Source of the DNA: a virus
Lineage: Duplodnaviria > Caudoviricetes
Reading direction: 5' to 3' (one strand)
IMG/VR virus record: IMGVR_UViG_3300038808_000030
Location: 1-55,131 of that record
Length of the DNA: 55,131 nt
Part shown: one piece after another, positions 52,602 through 55,131 of the stretch
Position numbering within the stretch: position 1 is the stretch's first letter
How the letters are laid out: each line of letters opens with the position of its first letter
The notes under the pieces: generated by a model
Database searches by the model: none
What the model saw: only the letters and a program-made list of their open reading frames with translations
Told to the model about the DNA's origin: nothing
Translations under genes and position numbers: made by a program

Positions 52602-54500
52602 ATGGCACGCATCGAGCTGATCTTCCATCGCCCACCAGCTGCTGGCTCACCCAGCCAGATGGTGTTCGGCAACGAGGACGATTCGGACCCGGGCTCGACT
52701 CAGGACGCAGTCGCACGGATGGCCATCCGGCTGCCGGGGACGAGCGTGTCCATCGGTGCCTTGCGTCGCAAGACCGCTGGCGCCGGCATTCGCCTGCCTG
52801 GGGCACGCATGGCGCTTGGAGCGGCGTACCAGACGCGCACCGACAGGCCGGCCGTGGGGTGCACATTGTCGGGATTTGAAGAGGCCCCCTTGGCACAGGG
52901 CGGCCTGGTGTCTGTCTGCCAGCAGGCGGCCATTGCCGACAGGGTCACGCAGATTCGCGGTTGGCGAGCGCTGCACGCAGGCGCGGCCGCCGTGCAGCGC
53001 TGGCAGGACTCGGCGCGCCTGCGCCTGACCACGCGCCAAGGCATGGGCTTTGCCATGGACGTGGGGGGACTCACGGCCCAGGCCTGGCAAGAGGGTATGC
53101 GCTTGCGCCTGGCCACGCGCCAGGGCCTGGCCAACGCACTGGCTGGCCAGGCGGTTGTGCTGCAGAGGTTCCAGGAGGGCATCATTTTGCGCCGTGCCAT
53201 GCGGCAGGCTTTCAGCGACGGCCTCTGCGAAGGTGCCTGGCACGCCAGCAGCATGGGCGATGCCCGGGTGCTGGGCATCGTGATGGGCGGTGCCCGCCAT
53301 CAGGACGCCATGGCGCCGCTGCCCGGCGTCACGCCGGGCCGCCCTGTCGATCCGCCCAAGCCGCCACCGTGCTATCGGCCGCCGCCGGGTGGGGCCGTCG
53401 AGCTGGCGTTCTCGAGCGTCTGGAGCGAAAGCTCCGAACTCGTGTTCATCTGCTGCAGGCCGGGCACGGATCCCCAACCACCCCGCTATGTCATCCCGCA
53501 ACTGAAGGTTTACATGACAGTACACACGATGGAGGCAGCCCTGCTGCCGGGCATGGAAGCCGTTGCGCTGAGCGATGTGACGATCGCCAGCGATGACGAC
53601 GGCTTCGGATGGAGCTTTTCGGCCAATGGTCCGGAACACCTGCTGGATCAACTGGCGCCGTCCGGGGGGCTGCCTGCACGGCTGCGCGTGGTGGTCGATG
53701 GCATCGACTTCGTCTTTGTCGTACAAAGCCTGAGCCGCACGCGCAGCTTCGGCAACCATCGCGTGGCCGTACAGGGCGTGAGTGCCACCGCCTTGCTGAG
53801 CAGTCCCTACATGCCGGAGCAGACCTGGCTGAACACGGCGCCGGCCACGGCGCAGCAACTGATCCGCAATGCGCTGGAGTTCACCGGCGTGCAGCTGGAC
53901 TGGAAGGTGTCGGACTGGCTGTTGCCGGCCGGCGCCTGGAGCCACCGTGGCACGCCGTTGTCGGCCGTGATGCGCGTGGCCGCATCGATTGGTGCGGTGG
54001 TGAGCAGCCATCGGACGCAGGAGCGCCTGATCGTTGCGCCGCGCTTCGCGCACCTGCCATGGAATTGGGCGGATGCGACGCCTGACGTGCGCATGCCGGC
54101 GGACGTCATCGTGACGGACGAGCTGCGGCCCGAGCCGCGTGCCGCCTACAACGCGATCTATGTCAGCGGCCAGGCGGGCGGCATCCTCGGCCACGTGCGC
54201 CGGGCCGGGACGGCTGGCAACAAGCTGGCTCCCCAGGTCACGGATGCCCTGATCACCGAGGCCGTGGCTGCACGCCAGCGTGGCGAGGCCGTGCTGGGAG
54301 CATCGGGCAACAAGCTGGTCCAGTCCATCACCATGCCCTTGCTTTCCGGTGGGACGGCACCAGGCCTGATCCGGCCCGGCCAATTGATCGAAGTCGTCGA
54401 TACCGACGAATCCTGGCGCGGCCTGGTTCGTGGAACCCGTCTCAGCGCTGCCATGCCCGTGGTGCGGCAGCAGATTACCGTGGAGCGCGCAACCGTATGA
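52602..54500 (+). CDS. Tail hub/central baseplate-like protein
   Basis: DDDGFGWSFS, DWLLPAGAWS, YNAIYVSG, VRRAGTAG...APQVTDALIT. Confidence 0.75.
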   Translation: MARIELIFHRPPAAGSPSQMVFGNEDDSDPGSTQDAVARMAIRLPGTSVSIGALRRKTAGAGIRLPGARMALGAAYQTRTDRPAVGCTLSGFEEAPLAQGGLVSVCQQAAIADRVTQIRGWRALHAGAAAVQRWQDSARLRLTTRQGMGFAMDVGGLTAQAWQEGMRLRLATRQGLANALAGQAVVLQRFQEGIILRRAMRQAFSDGLCEGAWHASSMGDARVLGIVMGGARHQDAMAPLPGVTPGRPVDPPKPPPCYRPPPGGAVELAFSSVWSESSELVFICCRPGTDPQPPRYVIPQLKVYMTVHTMEAALLPGMEAVALSDVTIASDDDGFGWSFSANGPEHLLDQLAPSGGLPARLRVVVDGIDFVFVVQSLSRTRSFGNHRVAVQGVSATALLSSPYMPEQTWLNTAPATAQQLIRNALEFTGVQLDWKVSDWLLPAGAWSHRGTPLSAVMRVAASIGAVVSSHRTQERLIVAPRFAHLPWNWADATPDVRMPADVIVTDELRPEPRAAYNAIYVSGQAGGILGHVRRAGTAGNKLAPQVTDALITEAVAARQRGEAVLGASGNKLVQSITMPLLSGGTAPGLIRPGQLIEVVDTDESWRGLVRGTRLSAAMPVVRQQITVERATV

Positions 54501-54733
54501 GCACCGTCAATCTCTTCAAGCGTCTTGTCCAACTGCTGCCTGACGAGCCTGTGCTCACGGGGCGTATCAGTGCAGTGCATGGCGACGGAACAGCGACGGT
54601 CGATCTGCCTGGCAATGGCCAATTGCGCGTACGCAATCCTCTGGGCAGCCAGGAGGGCAGCAGCGTCTATGTCCAGGGGCAGGCGATCACGGGTGAAGCC
54701 CCTCAATTGACCTATGTGCTCATTGATATCTAA
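54497..54733 (+). CDS. Small tail-tip protein (OB-fold-like)
   Basis: NLFKRLVQLLP...ATVDLPG...VYVQGQAITGEAP. Confidence 0.72.
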   Translation: MSTVNLFKRLVQLLPDEPVLTGRISAVHGDGTATVDLPGNGQLRVRNPLGSQEGSSVYVQGQAITGEAPQLTYVLIDI

Positions 54734-54875
54734 AGGGTGCGCCAGGGCTTCGATGCAGGGTGACCGGGTAACTGGGTCGTGCTGCGGGGAGGCGCGGTCC
54801 CCGCGCTGCCGCCGCACACTGAAAACCGAGGGCAAATCCCCAATGCGGCCTTTCTGATGGGAAAAGCGCCTCGTT

Positions 54876-54881
54876 TATAAT
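54876..54881 (+). promoter_or_regulatory. Probable -10 box of the tig promoter
   Basis: Perfect TATAAT about 190 nt upstream of tig. Confidence 0.5.
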
Positions 54882-55072
54882 ACTTGGCTTCGCTTATCAC
54901 GGGTTGAGCGAACCATGCGAGGTCCAGGCGGCCAGGCGCATGCGATGTAAGCCCTTGAAATCTGAGGTGCCGCGCGGCCGACTGGCTTCGTTCCGCGATG
55001 CACCGTGACTTTGCGCAATACGGTGCGGGCTGCATGTCAGCCGGCACGGTCCAATCCCTCATAGGAACAAAC

Positions 55073-55131
55073 ATGGCCGTTACTGTTGAAACCCTTGAAA
55101 AGCTCGAGCGCAAGATCACGCTGAGCCTGCC
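55073..55131 (+). CDS. tig: Trigger factor, 5' end (host gene, truncated by window)
   Basis: MAVTVETLEKLERKITLSL; AGGA RBS. Confidence 0.92.
   Translation, partial: MAVTVETLEKLERKITLSL

Larger units (their letters stand above)
41608..54733 (+). mobile_element. Headless long non-contractile tail module (F-type tailocin-like or siphophage remnant)
   Basis: Mor activator, terminator, tube, tape measure, hub and fibre genes; no sheath, capsid, portal, terminase or lysis genes of its own. Confidence 0.8.

Noticed and set aside
54734-55072. tRNA-Leu, often found upstream of tig in Betaproteobacteria
   Set aside because: No T-arm GTTCGA/cloverleaf/CCA arrangement could be built by eye.

Overview
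High-GC betaproteobacterial chromosome segment, probably Comamonadaceae (Delftia-like; inferred from composition and the trigger-factor sequence). It is almost entirely phage-derived and ends in the host tig gene (55073->). Part A (1-41562) is a temperate prophage with lambdoid early organisation and a podovirus-type virion. Its leftward early operon encodes an H-NS-like protein, an exonuclease, an ERF recombinase and a vWA protein, with many terminators and structured RNA elements. The switch has a peptidase-less repressor, Cro, five TATC-N4-GATA operators and a LexA-boxed candidate antirepressor. Replication and nin-like genes follow, then terminase, P22-like portal, lysis cassette, scaffold, N4-gp56/DUF4043-type capsid, adaptor/nozzle/fibre genes and ejection-protein genes. 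Part B (41608-54733) is a separate, headless long non-contractile tail module with its own Mor-family activator, tail terminator, tube, tape measure, hub and fibre genes, abutting tig with no visible att site or integrase. The most striking signals read directly from the sequence are three. (1) An eight-copy late-promoter motif CCAAGCCTG(C/A)CA-NNN-T, which in five cases puts a start codon exactly 23 nt downstream (leaderless mRNAs). (2) A CsrA-like gene immediately upstream of the capsid gene, whose leader carries a GGA-loop hairpin mutually exclusive with a Shine-Dalgarno-sequestering hairpin; the same 25-nt element recurs in a second late leader. (3) Two different tail systems side by side, with a truncated, catalytically dead ejection protein at their junction. 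Family assignments come from motif recognition only; no searches were run. The integrase and left end lie outside the window.
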